Shown here: positions 9,775 through 22,903 of the stretch, piece after piece
How the letters are laid out: every line of letters begins with the position of its first letter
How positions within the stretch are numbered: position 1 is the stretch's first letter
DNA from: Daphnia carinata
Lineage: Eukaryota
DNA: 64,000 nucleotides
Assembly (NCBI RefSeq): GCF_022539665.2
Contig: NC_081331.1
Coordinates: 13,206,001 to 13,270,000 of the forward strand
Reading direction: 5' to 3'
Program-made: the position numbers and the translations under genes
The notes under the pieces: generated by a model
Told to the model about the DNA's origin: nothing
The model's database searches: none
What the model saw: only the letters and a program-made list of their open reading frames with translations

Positions 9775-12420
9775 ATTAAGCCCGTCAAAATAAGCCCGAC
9801 AAAAATAAGCCCTACTTTCCCGTCAACTTTGTATTTATCAAACATCTTTAATACAGCAATGAATATGCATGATTCCGATTCAGAATTAAATGATAATCAC
9901 GAAAATCGAGTTTATTTTCCAATGGAACTTATAGTTTTCTAAATAAACGATTTGGGCCGGTACGCGATAGCACTAGCGCGATTTTTCATTAGAGAGCCGT
10001 CGCGTACTGGCGCGATAGTTTTGGCGGTGTATTTTAAACACGGTTAGCTTAATGAAAAAAAGAATAATTTTCACGGAATCAACATTCAAGTTTGAGTATA
10101 TCGTGTAATTTTTAACCAATTCCAGTGAGTGTCAGCTTTGGACATTTTTGGGCCAAAATTCCCACGGTAGTTTCCTTCATTTATTAAAAAAACTATAGGG
10201 CCCATTGGAAAATAAACTTGATTTCTGTAATTACCGTTCAATTCTGAATCGAAATCATGTATTTTAAGCGAAATTTAAAATTTAACCAAAAATGAAAAAG
10301 TGGGAAGGCTATAGCCTTCCCACTTTTGTCAAAATCGGCCAAAAATAAAATCTTTTGGAATTCGATGAAAATCATACATTATGTTCAGAATTTAACGCTG
10401 ATTCACAAAAAGCCATTGTTTTCTTGTCAAGTTAGCCGTTTTTGAAATATACCCAATATTCGTGCAAAAAATGAGAAAAGTCGGGCTTATTTAAGTAGTC
10501 GGGCTTAAAAAATTTTTCTGCAAAAACTGGCACTCATCAAATTGGTTGAATACCGCAGGATTTATTCCATATTGAATGCTGATTCCGACAAAAGTGTTAT
10601 TTTATTCATTAAGTCAACCATTTCGGAAATACACCGAATATACCTATGCTGCATCGCGCTAGCGCTGTAGCGTACTGGCGCGCTAGCATTGTGTCAAATA
10701 TTCGGTGTGTTTCAAAAACGAGTAACTTAATGAAAAAAAATAGCAATTTTCCCGTAATCAGCACTAAATTTTGACTATATCCTGTGATTTTCAACCAATT
10801 CGAATGAATGTCAGTTTTTGCAGTTACAAATTTTAAGCCCGACAAAATTGGCCCGGCCTTGTGTTTTTGACGTTTAATTTAAATGCGATAAAGCCAATTG
10901 AAAAATAAAGTTGATTTCCGTGATCAGCATTTAATTCTGAATCGAAATCATTTATTTTTAGCCAAATTTTAAATTTGGCCAAAAATGAAAAAGTGAGAAG
11001 GCTATAGCCTTCCCACTTTTGCCAAAATCCGCAAAAAATGAAAACCCTTAGAATGCGATAAAAATCACACAGAACATTCAAAATTAAACGCTGATTTCGA
11101 TAAAGTGGTTTGTTTTCTCGTCAAACAAGTTGTTTTTTAAATAATGGGAAACAAAATGCTGGTGGCGCACACATTTGGGTTTGTTGTTTTTTACAATTTA
11201 TTCAATAACTACTGGCCCTGTTGAAAAACAAACGACAAATTTGTGATTTTCGTTTAATGTCGAATCAAAATCCTGTATTATTATAGCTATATCTAAAAAA
11301 AATCTTATCTAAAAATAAGCCCGACGTTTTCGGGCTTATTTTATCGGGCTTAATTTTTGGTATAGCAGAAATTCAGTTTTGTAATTTTAACATAAAATTT
11401 AATATAACTTAACCTAAAATAAGACGCCGATGCCAGGAAAATTATTTGTTTTTTCGTCAAACTGGTCGTTTTTGTAATAAATGGAAATAACGAACTGCTG
11501 GCGCGCTAGCACTTATCACCCGTTTTTTCCGTTTATTCAAAAAGCTATAAGGCCAACGTAAAAATAAACTTCATTTTTGTGATTCTCGTTCAATTTTGAA
11601 TCGGATTCATGTATTTAAAATGAAATTTAAATTTTGGCCAAAAATGAAAAAGTGGGAAGGCTATAGCCTTCCCACTTTTGTCAAAATCGGCGAAAAACGA
11701 AATCTCTTAGAATTCCATGAAAATCACACAATATAATCAGAATTCAACGCTGATTCAGAAAACGCCATTCGTTTTCTTGTCAAGTTACCCGTTTTTGAAT
11801 TACACCGAATATTCGTGCCAAAAATAAAAAAGTCGGGCTTATTTAGTCGGGCTTAAAATTTCTTTCTGCAAAAACTGGTACTCATCGGAATTGGTTGAGT
11901 ACCATAGGATATACTCAAAATTGAATGCTCATTCCGATAAAATGGTTATTTTTTTTCATTAGGCCAACCATTTTGGAAATACACCGAATATATCTATGCT
12001 GCATCGCGCTATAGCGTACTGGCGCGCTAGCTCTATAGCGAGCTTGGTTGAATATCACACCATATACTAAAAATGGTAAACTGATTCCGGAGAATCATGC
12101 TCATCACCTGTTCATTGCTAAAATCAAGATTTTGAAAAAATACGCAACTGGTGGAAAAGTCGGGTTTATTATTTTGTCGGGCTTATTTTCAAGGCCAACA
12201 GTTTCACGAAAAGGATTGTTATATTGAATCAAAATGGGTGTAAAGCCATTTTTGATTCCGTTTTATTTAAATACTAATTGATTTGTGAAAAAAATGTAAT
12301 ATTTTTTCATCAGCATTCAGTTGTGGTAAATGAAATTTACTTCTAATTCCATTCCAATTTAACATAATAAGCCAAATTTCTTGTATCAAAATCGGGCTTA
12401 AACTTTTGCGCTTATTTTAT
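9775..12420. repeat. Array of diverged direct and inverted repeats with recurring palindromes (probable non-autonomous transposon, foldback or satellite)
   Basis: The 32-bp palindrome AAAAGTGGGAAGGCTATAGCCTTCCCACTTTT occurs at 10296-10327, 10989-11020 (1 mismatch) and 11648-11679. TAAGCCCGAC/GTCGGGCTTA is repeated in both orientations. About 10190-10690 is similar to about 11540-12035. No credible coding ORF. Confidence 0.85.
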
Positions 12421-12945
12421 TTTTGGCAAAAATCTAAATGTAGCATAATATGCAAGAAGTGTTTTCAAACAAAATTCGATTTTTTGTTTTTGGTTTTAGA
12501 GGTAGGTTTCGTTATTTCAAGTTGATATTTTAGCCGGGTTCATTTCCTTTATGGGAGGGGGAGATTTAAGTTCGTTTTCTAAGTGAATGGTGCCTATATG
12601 ACTGGACGACATTGTCACTAGACGACAGTGCAGGATCTCTATAAAATCGTCGAAATACATATTAAATCAGAGAAGAGGGGTTGTCAACAAAATATGGGTA
12701 AAATAGCTTTCCGTAAAAACAATCCATCTGCAGTTCTCCATACATGTCATAGAACTCGATTTCAGTTACAACTTATATATTGGAAGATAGTTCTGCATTT
12801 TTACGCAAACTGATCTGAATAAAATAAAAGAACCGGGATAGGTGGACATATAATGGCTACCAACTATTTTTAAACAAATTCGATAGCGTGGCGCTATGTG
12901 GACCATGGCACTCATCTATCCAGCATTAAACATCACAACGCTTAT

Positions 12946-15900
12946 TTATGTAGATAACAAGACCGATGTAAAGACCTGTTGCAAAATCTGGGGTAGCTTT
13001 TCTAAGTCCATGCAAACATAGGAGCTGCCTGCTGGTAACTTCTGCGAAATTCGATTGGCCTATAAAGCAATCCAGTTTAATATCAGCACATTTATGTCAT
13101 GCTAGACTTATGTTTACCTGGTCACCTAGCGATCCTATGAAAACGACTGCGGACCTGAAAGTAAATATATAAATAAATGTACGAATCCTTTTCAATCCCT
13201 AGGTAAAAAAATTACCGAACGTTCTCTGTTGACGCAAGTGCTTCTGCAAGATGTGCAGCCGGAATACCATAACGATCCAGGTTGGCATCAGATAAAAGAA
13301 TCACGAAGGCTTCGTCTATATCAGTTGCCTCACTTAAGCTGGCAACAGATTGCTTTGAAGCTTCCAAAGTGTGATCTCCGGCCATGCAAAACTGTGAATG
13401 CGCATGCATGTTCAGTAAAACTTCGAATCGTTGTTTGTCATCTTTCGGCGGGCGATCAGCACTGACCAGCTGAAGGTTCAGGGTTTCCCCAGAATGACCC
13501 ACTATATCATACCGCCATTTTTCTGAGTGACCATCTAGTGCTTCCATGAATAACAACACGGCGGCCATTTCTCTTTCAAGACGACGATCGTAGCTATTAA
13601 ATCTGCAAAGGACAATCGTAAACGATGGGCCTAGTTATTGGACTCTAGTTCACTAGTACCTATACATGCTTCCCGAAACGTCTACTAAAAGCCTCAAATG
13701 TTTCGGCTTTTCCGGTGGTGCTCCTAACTCAGGATGAAGTTCCGCTCTTCTGCGGTAAATATTCTTTTCACCCGTAAGACCTTCAATGATCTTGGTGTCG
13801 TCTAAGTCTCCGTAAGTTTGATGTCTCATCCATTGTCGCTCTTTGCCTTTTGCTTGTATATTGTCCAAAATTACTTTTAGCGCCAGTACCTGTATAATCA
13901 AAAGTATCAGCCACGAAACCACGAAAATAATTATAAAATAGCAATACTTGTTTTTGGATACTTGAAGAGAATTTTTGATATAGCTCGGCGTCAACCGGGT
14001 CCATGCGAATCTGTTTCAGACGCTCTTGATATGCTTTTTTCCCCATCTCTCTCGCTGCTCGTTGGATCTCTTCAGGAACCGCTGCCTTGTCTTCATCTGA
14101 TACCTAACGAATACGCAAATTTATCTACGATATGAAGTTATACAAGAACGTAATTAAAAATACTTGATGAACATCATGCCCAGCGTCAAGTCTGTAGGGT
14201 CCACCACGTCCACCTAAACCAGCTGTGTCACGACCTCCGGTTCCACCAGCCCAGGTATTGCCACCGACGTGAGGCGTGTTTTTCGGATCAATTTTTCCTA
14301 CTTTTGGGCCTGACACGTCACCGCTTTCTTGGGTTCGCTTAATTGTTAATTGTCCAACATCATCTATGCATTTACGACCAAGTATTTACGTTCTATGTTC
14401 GGCGGAAATAAGACATAAAAAAACATACCACCAATGTTGCTTCGCCAAACTTCGAGTGATTTAGCAAGTTGTGATTGGTTGATCTCCCAAAGCCGAATCA
14501 ATCCATAATCATCTACAGTAACGACACTTCCATGGTCATAGGCACAAACATGAGTTTTTTTGTCCGAATTTCCATAGCGACGCCTTGGCTCCGAACTATT
14601 TCCAAAGGCAAAAATATATATTTTTACTGTCGGCACGTTTTCAAAATGGCTACTTGCATATCATACTTTGGAATTGGAATATATCTCAGAGTCTGTCCAG
14701 ACAAATCTGCTATTTGTAAAAAATTTGAATTTTTCTTACGATCAATTGGTTTTGGTACCTCCTCGTCTGTTGCGATTCTCACAACCTTTCCAAATTAACA
14801 ATTTAAGGTGAACCAGTAGAGTGTTAACAAAAAAATAGGTGAATTACTGAATCATTTGTTGGAAGTAAAACGACATTAGTTGAATCGGTGCAGGCACAGC
14901 CGGGCCATAGAAGAAGTTCATTTTGTGGAATAGTCATATGAGCTCCGTAATAGTTTTTCATGGTAAAAAGTGCCTTGCTATCCGAACGGCTAACTATATT
15001 GGATGTGACCGGATCCAAGGTCTGTGATTCTTCAATTACTTGCAATGAACCATTCTTGACATCAAACAGGAATTTTCTATGTAATTAATTTACCAATTAA
15101 TTAAAGGAGTTGCAAATGCTGTGTAATCTAAGAACTTACTGATTTGAGTCTTGTGACTGGATTATGATTTTATCATTCATCACAGCAAAAACGCTTTGAA
15201 TATTGAAGTCCATCTGATATGCTGTACTATCTGTTTCATTAGGGTTGAATAATTGTATATGGGTTCCTTGTGGTTCATAAAAAACCTAGAATCGACCGCA
15301 CAGTTTGCATGAATAATGACAAATCATTAGCCATCTTATCTAAAATTACAAGTGTGTCCAAATCAGGCAACCCTCCAGCCAAAATCATTTGGTTATTGGT
15401 GTTTTTACCACCAATCCACCTTTGGCCCAGCCGACCAAGAGAAGAATTCGTGACCGAGGAGGTAGGCCTAAAGTCACATGTTCCAATGGTCTGGTTTACG
15501 TAGTCAAACATCACTAACCTGCATCTCTATGGATTGATTGAATAAAAAAAAAAGAAAATGATGTCAAATTAATACCACGAATAAGCGTATGAAGTTTTAC
15601 CTCTGGATCAAAGATAAAAATTTGATCTTTCATTGCCGACAGCTGTAGTCGGCATTGGTTGGCGTAAAAACCAGGATCGATGAAGCGGTCTAATTGCGTT
15701 TCTAGCAATCGGTTGGTTTTTAAATCCAGACTATAGAGGACGGCAGGACTCGTAGTGAGGACGTGAACAGTATTTTCCTTTGAGGTCACCAGACCATGAA
15801 TCCACTGCGTTTCACCAATTGGCAATTTCCAATTTGTTTTCTGCTCGGAAAACCATAGAAGTCGTGCCTCTGTTGGTGCTAGAAGAGAACTTGTACCCCG

Positions 15901-18900
15901 AGTTGAAAAGGATCCGGACAAACCGACAGGTCTCTTTGCGGCATTTACTGTATGAAGCGGAAGGATTTTCCATTGGCCACCAAAGATAGGCGCAGCAAGG
16001 GGCTGCTGAACCGCAAGCGTAACATTATTCACAGATGCACCCAAAGGAATCCCATTTTCGTGAAAAACTCGCGTAATCAACTCTTTGGCTTCCGGGCTAT
16101 CAGTGAAAATAATGGTTGAATTTTTTTTTCCTGTAAAAATACCGATTACCTTGTGAATGCTCACCTATAGGCATCAAAATCGAAAACATTGGAAACTGTG
16201 CGCACGATACCGTCTTTTGGGTAGCGCTGTTGCCATAAATCAACATGAAGGTTTGAAATTAAAGCGAAGAATAATTTTTTTTACCTCCAAATGCTTCACC
16301 ACGTTAATGACCTCTCGTGTGGAATAAGGATAATTAAGCATGCCTTGATCTGCAAGGCTTCTCAGCTGAGAAAACGCCTGGACTACAGACCTCAAAGTTT
16401 TATCTGATAAGCTTGGCCCAAAATGGCGCAGTAACTCCAACTCGGATTCCAAACTCGGGTTTTCTATGGCATGGACGCTGAACACATCACCTGTGACAGA
16501 GTAAAATTTTAAACGTGCGTTATAAGATACAATATTACTGCGTGTACCCAAAGCTGCAAAAAAATCGTTTCCGAGGAAAGGAAAACCTGGGCGGTTGGCA
16601 AGGACAATCATTCGAAAATCAGGATGAAGTCGAACAATATCAGTTTCTTTTATGTCACTTCGCACTCCCGTGGGTAATATTCGGCGTCCATCAGACAATA
16701 GCATTTCACCATTTTCGATCAGCGTCTGAGAAACCGTAAGTTCTTTTGTAGTAAAAACTTCTCATGGAACGCTTTAAGACATAAATTTCGAAATTTATGG
16801 TTCAATTACCTTCAGAATGCAAGTTACTTGGGTAGGGGCTTTATCTGCTTCATCTACGATGAGAACACTTCCATCTCTAGCAGCCCTAACCAACGGTGAG
16901 TCCTGGAATTCTACTATGCCGTTGAGGACGGTAGGCTGAACTGTTAAACTTTGTACAGTCGTGTCACTAGACACATAACCAATACAATTGCCGTATGTTA
17001 AATACGTACACAAAAATGTATATTTAAATCCTTTACAAACCGATGGAGTTGAATGTATTCTCTCGGTCGATTCATCAGAGCCAAAAGTCTATCGATAAGC
17101 CGGTTCTTGCCAACACCCTGGTTGCCAACAAGTAGTAAATGATCGCCCAAAATGAAGTCCTGAAGTAATGCTTCCAACACACGTAGATGCTGTCATATCA
17201 AAAACATGACTGATCAGTTGCTTTACTTAAACATTATTGTGACATACCTGTCTGGTATCATGAAAGACGACATCCGGTATTTTAGCAAGATTGCCCTGTT
17301 GATAAGTTTTAGCTTTGGTCTCCCCAATGGTTAATATGCCATTTTTCACTGAGCAACATAACTGGGAATCGTTTGCTTCTAACGGAGCTGTTTTTTCGAT
17401 TCCACACGATTCCATAGCTCTGCGAAGTGCTTCTTGGGGTAGTCTTGGTAAAAATTGTGATAAACAAGTTCGCTCTACTAATCTCCATGGGTCACTATTT
17501 GGGTATTCCTAATTTATTTAAAATCTTATAGATGTTGTTTTTGAGATCTTTCAAAGCCTCTTACCTTTAGTCGTTTTGCCAAACGGAGGAGCTGCCGTGT
17601 AGAAAGGGATGGTGCCAAACTATTTAGAGTTGGATCGTTCGATTGGCGCACATGCTGAGCCAATTTCAAAACTGGTTGCATAGTCAACGCGAGTTTATCG
17701 CCAACCAACGCTTCGAGTATGTTCACCTCTTCTTCCATATTCATCGGACGGAGTGTGTGAAAAAAGAACATGGACAGGACTTCAGGCGACAGCCAGTGAC
17801 TCGAAGTTTTCCCTGAAAAATATTGGTTTTACTAATTACTCAAAAACATTATTCAACAGAAAATTGCCACTACACCTGTGGAATTTGGAGGTTCAGCCAG
17901 TGCGACGATTCGAAAATTCTTGTGAACCTTAAACAATTTCTTCTCAGCCATAATTTCTTTGGAGCAACCCAGACTTTCCTGAAGAGCATCATAACGATCG
18001 TGGTGAAGAATGCGAGACCCATCAAATAGCTGCGCTTCTCTCTCGTGAATGATGCTTTTAGATTACGCAATAATATTTCAACGACAAAAATTACCACAAT
18101 AAGCTAAAATTTTTCACCTTTGTAGGGTAAACAGAGTTCCAGTGTTTATACGATGAAGGCCATCAATGACAGCTATCTTTCCATCTATGGCTGCTTTCAG
18201 GAGAGCAGAAGGTGTCCATACAGTGTCACCATTTGATAGCGTTGATCTCTGTTGCAGTAAGTCACGTGATGTCATATCCTAGATTTGCGCACTGTTAAGC
18301 AAATGGTTTTCAAATAATTTGTAAATGGAAATGAATCACCTGATAAAGCATGATAGGCTCTACTTCCAATGATAATAAGTTAGCTAATTGTCGGATAAGC
18401 GTACTTTTGCCGCTTCCACGTGTCCCTATTAAGCAAATGTCATGAATTTCTATTGATTCCTTCAGTTCGTGAACAACTTGTTGGTGATATTCAGTGGCAA
18501 TATAATCCTGGATTTGAGCCCCTCGCTGTACGGATGGACTAGGAATGTTTTCAATGTTGAGCTGACGTTGCGTAGTGTTGTCAATTTTGAAGGTTTTCAT
18601 CAGATTTTTTACCATGCTTTGACCGTCTTTTGTCAGAAAGCTTTTATAAGGGTAAAGCCGATGAAGCACATTACCAACCGACAGATTTGGGTTATTTTCC
18701 TAAATCCAACAGAGTTCAAACCAATGTTTTGCATTACAATACTATACACTATACCTGTAAAGTGATTACAGATCATAGAAATTTGATAAATTATTGTACC
18801 ATCAATGCAACTGCTAAGGGTAAAGAACTGATGGGGAAGTCCGGTAATCCTTGAGCTTCTGACTCGCTTGCATTGATGGCATAGGCAAACGAAGCCAATT

Positions 18901-19978
18901 CAATCAAAGAACTCTCAGGGACTCCGGGAGCGACTTGTCTAAGAGTTAACAATTGATCCTTGAATGATTTTTGTTCGATTTTCAAAGCCTGAAAACGCGA
19001 ACGAAGCGGAGGATCTAATGGGTGTCCTCGGTATTTTGGTACAGGAATCCCCAAAGCAATCACTCGAAACTTTTCATCCACACGGACCAGCTTCCAATTT
19101 TCAAGATCGGTAGATTTACTAGCCTGGGAATCGTAAAAAAAGTTCTCGCTGAATATTCTCAAACTCTAGATATTCATGGGTCACGTGAAGTACCTCAAGC
19201 AGCTTGTCGTAACGTGCCGAAGAAATTAGAAGTCTTCCATCTTCCAAGGGCATTTCTCTGTTTTCTAGGAGATTATTCAAGACGGGCAACACGTTTCGTT
19301 CTGTTTTTTCTATTCCATCGAGTATTAAAATTCTTCCATGAATGGCAGCCCTCACAGCAGCCTGAGAAAAAAAAATGTTAATGCTGAAAAGTGAAAGCCA
19401 TATTTCAATTTTGAATATGCTGTTGTACTTGATCTTCAAAATGAGCTGTGCCACTATGAATTTCTCTTCTTTGTTTCAAATCACTTTCTGTAGTATCTCT
19501 AGACAAAGCAATATATTCAACTTCTTGATTCACCAACTGGGCATACAAATGTGCAATTCTAAATTTTTCTGGTCCCGGAGGTCCAATCAAAAACATATCT
19601 TGACCAAGGACATCTTTTTGAAGCATCCACCTTAGCTTTTTCAATGTTGATTGATCAAGTTCAAGGGGGTCTTTAAAATACAAAATGTGTAACTATGGTA
19701 TGTATCTTTATACCCCATTTAGGCACAAAATTTCTGAGCTAATATGCTTTACCATATTTTGTAGGAACCAATTCAACATTCTCGCTTTTCGTCAAATTCC
19801 TAGTAACATCTCCTATTTCCAGCGTTTCCCCATTCTTCAATGATAGTGTTGTCAAGGAAATATATCTCTTGGAAATTTTTTCTCCATAGCCCATATTCGA
19901 GCGAATAGAAGAAAAGGTTTTATAACTATTATACTTTGGTAAATATGGATATACACTTGAAAGGCCTTTAATATACAT
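12946..19978 (-). CDS. VWA8: von Willebrand factor A domain-containing protein 8 (mitochondrial AAA+ ATPase)
   Basis: Many short exons. KLRWMLQKDVLGQDMFLIGPPG, ALSRDTTESDLKQRRE, Walker A motifs GTRGSGKS and GNQGVGKN, PHVGGNTWAGGTGGRDTAGLGG, MIDAS DVSGSM, and C-terminal LPQILQQVF. The start codon is approximate. Confidence 0.95.
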
Positions 19979-20750
19979 TATAATCTAACTAAATCGTTTT
20001 TTTAAAGAACTAAACGATGCGGCATGAATACAATAATAATATTATTGTTCACGTGTGCGGTTAGGTTACACAACACATTAGCAGACAACTTAGTTTTTGA
20101 AACAGGGTTGCCAAAATACTTGTGTTGCAACGGATGCAAAGTTGCACTTGCACCTTGCACCTTGCACGCAGCATCGGTAGTTCGGTACTCTGGGGGTCCA
20201 AAAGTTGTCTAATTTTCCATATTTATTGCAACTCTTACTGGAAATACCATATTCGAAATTTCGAATACAATGAAGTATTTGTAAATAGCTACTATTTGAA
20301 CTGAGTTCCATAATGGAACATGGTTCTTTACAGAGCATAATTGATTGCGTGAAATGTATGCAATTCCACTTAATTCCAGTTCAGTCATTGCTCAAGAGGC
20401 TCATATATTTCAATATGATTTGCATTACAATCGTTTGCATCTCAAACTGTTTTTTTTTTAATTGCTAGCGATCGCCGGTCGACGTGGACATCTTGGATTA
20501 TGAAAGAATGACTCTAAATTCCACAACGCACAAGTTTTAATTCAGAAATTGCAATTTCAAAATATTTTTCATGTTTTCTGATTCTAAGTCAGTAAGTTTA
20601 CAAATAGCAAATGACAAGGTAAAGGACTGATTCTTTGGCACGATATGGCACCGTTTACCAAAAATAGTGGTCACACTCGTTGAGCAAGAATAACAATCAT
20701 CAAGAAATACAAAGTGATCAAATTTTACCATTTGCCGCGAAAAATTAAAA

Positions 20751-21290
20751 ATGATTCGCAAATTTTTGGCTAAAGGTTTCGGTGTTGGTTTCTGTATTTT
20801 GCAGTATGGCTGTATAGCCCATTGTTTTGTTGAACATATAGCTGAAATGGTGATTGTAAGTGATCAGTTGTACCATTCTCCTGTTGCCTAAGATAATCCT
20901 AATTCAGTATCGGCTATTACATTTCGGTTTTGGATATTATAGTGTTCTGGACCTTCAATGGAACCTACAATTTATTCTGATGATATAATTATATCAGAGC
21001 ATATAACTACAAAATTTTCCAAGTATGAGCGAGGAGATGTAGTCATACTTAGGTCCCCTTCAAATCCAAAAATGTTCCTGTGTAAAAGGATCATTGGTAT
21101 TCCTGGAGATAAAATAAAAATCAACAGCATACAGCACAGTATTGTTCCTCGAGGACATATTTGGCTAGAAGGGGATAACAAGAACAACTCAACAGATTCA
21201 AGATCCTATGGACCAGTACCGCAAGGGCTAGTACGTGGGAGAGCTTTGTGCAGAATTTGGCCCCTAAATTCAATTCAAATGTTAACATAA
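20751..21290 (+). CDS. IMMP1L: Mitochondrial inner membrane protease subunit 1 (S26 peptidase)
   Basis: Exons 20751-20855 and 20943-21290. YGCIAHC, CSGPSMEPT (catalytic Ser), CKRIIG (catalytic Lys) and VPRGHIWLEGDN..NSTDSRSYGPVP. Confidence 0.93.
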
Positions 21291-21563
21291 ACTATTTGAG
21301 TCATGTTTTCTTCTGTTGTAATCACCCCTATGAGTGATTAATTTGCTGTCATTCTGAAAGAAAATTTAATTGAAAAAGTCCTTTTGTCAAGAGAGGGTGT
21401 AAGGCAATCTGGGTTCGCATTACACACCTGTACCAAGGGTAGAGTGGTACACCAGTTTCAGTCTATTTTGGCCATTGTTTGCCGCTTTTCAATCAAATAG
21501 AAGGCAGTGTGCGATAGTTGTAGATCGATCGAAGTACTAGAGCATGTGCAAGTGGTGCGATGG

Positions 21564-21575
21564 GTATAAATATAA
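21564..21575 (+). promoter_or_regulatory. TATA box of the insulin-like peptide gene
   Basis: TATAAATATAAG about 65 nt upstream of the ATG at 21636. Confidence 0.5.
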
Positions 21576-21635
21576 GAGGTTGTGTCAACTCTTCTACTAG
21601 TTCTATGACAGCTTGCGTGTTAATGAAATCAAAAT

Positions 21636-22413
21636 ATGCTTTTTCGGAAAATAGTAATTTTGTGGATGGCTGTGAGTCATTATGGGTCAAGCCTGTCAAT
21701 TCCCAATAATTCTATTCCGAAACATTACTGTGGAAGCAGTTTGTCGGGCGCGCTTTTTTCTGTTTGTAGGGAAAATGGTTTTGTTACGCATTTTACACCC
21801 CGCACCGAGTTCAATCGTAAGTTATTCTTATTCCACTTCTTTTCTTGTCAGTTTTACCCTTCTAACAATTACCGCACACTTAGGAACCACGCGAGGAATA
21901 ATTGAAGAATGTTGCATCAATCCCTGCTCAGAAGACCAATTGAGCCAATATTGCCAGAAAAAAATTGCCAGGATTTCTATACCCATAAAAAGGTATAAAA
22001 ATGTTAACCTAAGAAAACGCCGGCATTTCTTTACAGAGCATTCTTGGTGCAGGAAACGATCACAGAAGTTCGTAGACACAAATAAAGTTACCAAAAGTAA
22101 GAGAAGCCCAACTTCGGCGTGCACATGTGGAAATAGAATCCATTCCGCGCGATCATCCAAGGTTTTTGGAGGTCTTAAGTTTCTCCTTAACATGATTTAT
22201 ATAAATATTTTCCTTTGACAGAATAAAAGGAAAAATCGTAAGCGTTCTACTAAAGCTCGTCAGACAAAAGATCAGTCTCTGCGCCCTTCCATCGACAAAG
22301 CACCTATGGTTACATCTACCACGGAAAGCCCATCTATTGTTGAAGCTCAGTATATCGACGATTGGACCTGGAGTGGAGACGAAGAGGGATTGTTTTCAGT
22401 CAAATCGCATTAG
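21636..22413 (+). CDS. Insulin/IGF-like peptide precursor (arthropod IGF type, with long basic C-terminal tail)
   Basis: Exons 21636-21816, 21884-22161 and 22222-22413. Signal peptide, B chain YCGSSLSGALFSVC, short C region, A chain GIIEECCINPCSEDQLSQYC, then an R/K-rich extension. Confidence 0.88.
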
Positions 22414-22903
22414 TCGAGATGCCTTCAAAGAGGTGAATCTGTGTTAGAATCTAGTTACCATGACAATCGATGTAGCGAGTTAGGTAGAATTAAAGATGCA
22501 CATGCATTTCTGAGCTTGAATAACTTTTGAAGTAGTCGCGCTTGCCTTGACTGTTTTAAATAAACGAGAAAACATCCAACGGCAGCATTCTTCAGCACTT
22601 TACCCTAAATTTTGAACAATATTTAGACAAAGGCAAGAAAAATTTAAACGATAAATAACAAAGGGGTTATTAGAATGGAACGATAAGCGGGTCACAACAT
22701 TAAAATAAAATGCGTGGAATGCTAGGCCTTTTATTGTTTAACTAAGGTAAATTAAAGAAACAAATTCTGTTTGCAAGAGCTTGGAATGCACTACTGATTC
22801 AACTTAATGTCACCGCTTGCCGCTTATCTTTTACTAGAGCCTAAAACAAATTTGAAACTGTAAAAATATGAATAACACGATGTAAATTTTGGAATGACAG
22901 TTG

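Noticed and set aside
10296..11679. Regularly spaced palindromes as a CRISPR-like array
   Set aside because: Eukaryotic context, spacing of about 680 bp, and the intervening sequence is itself repeated.
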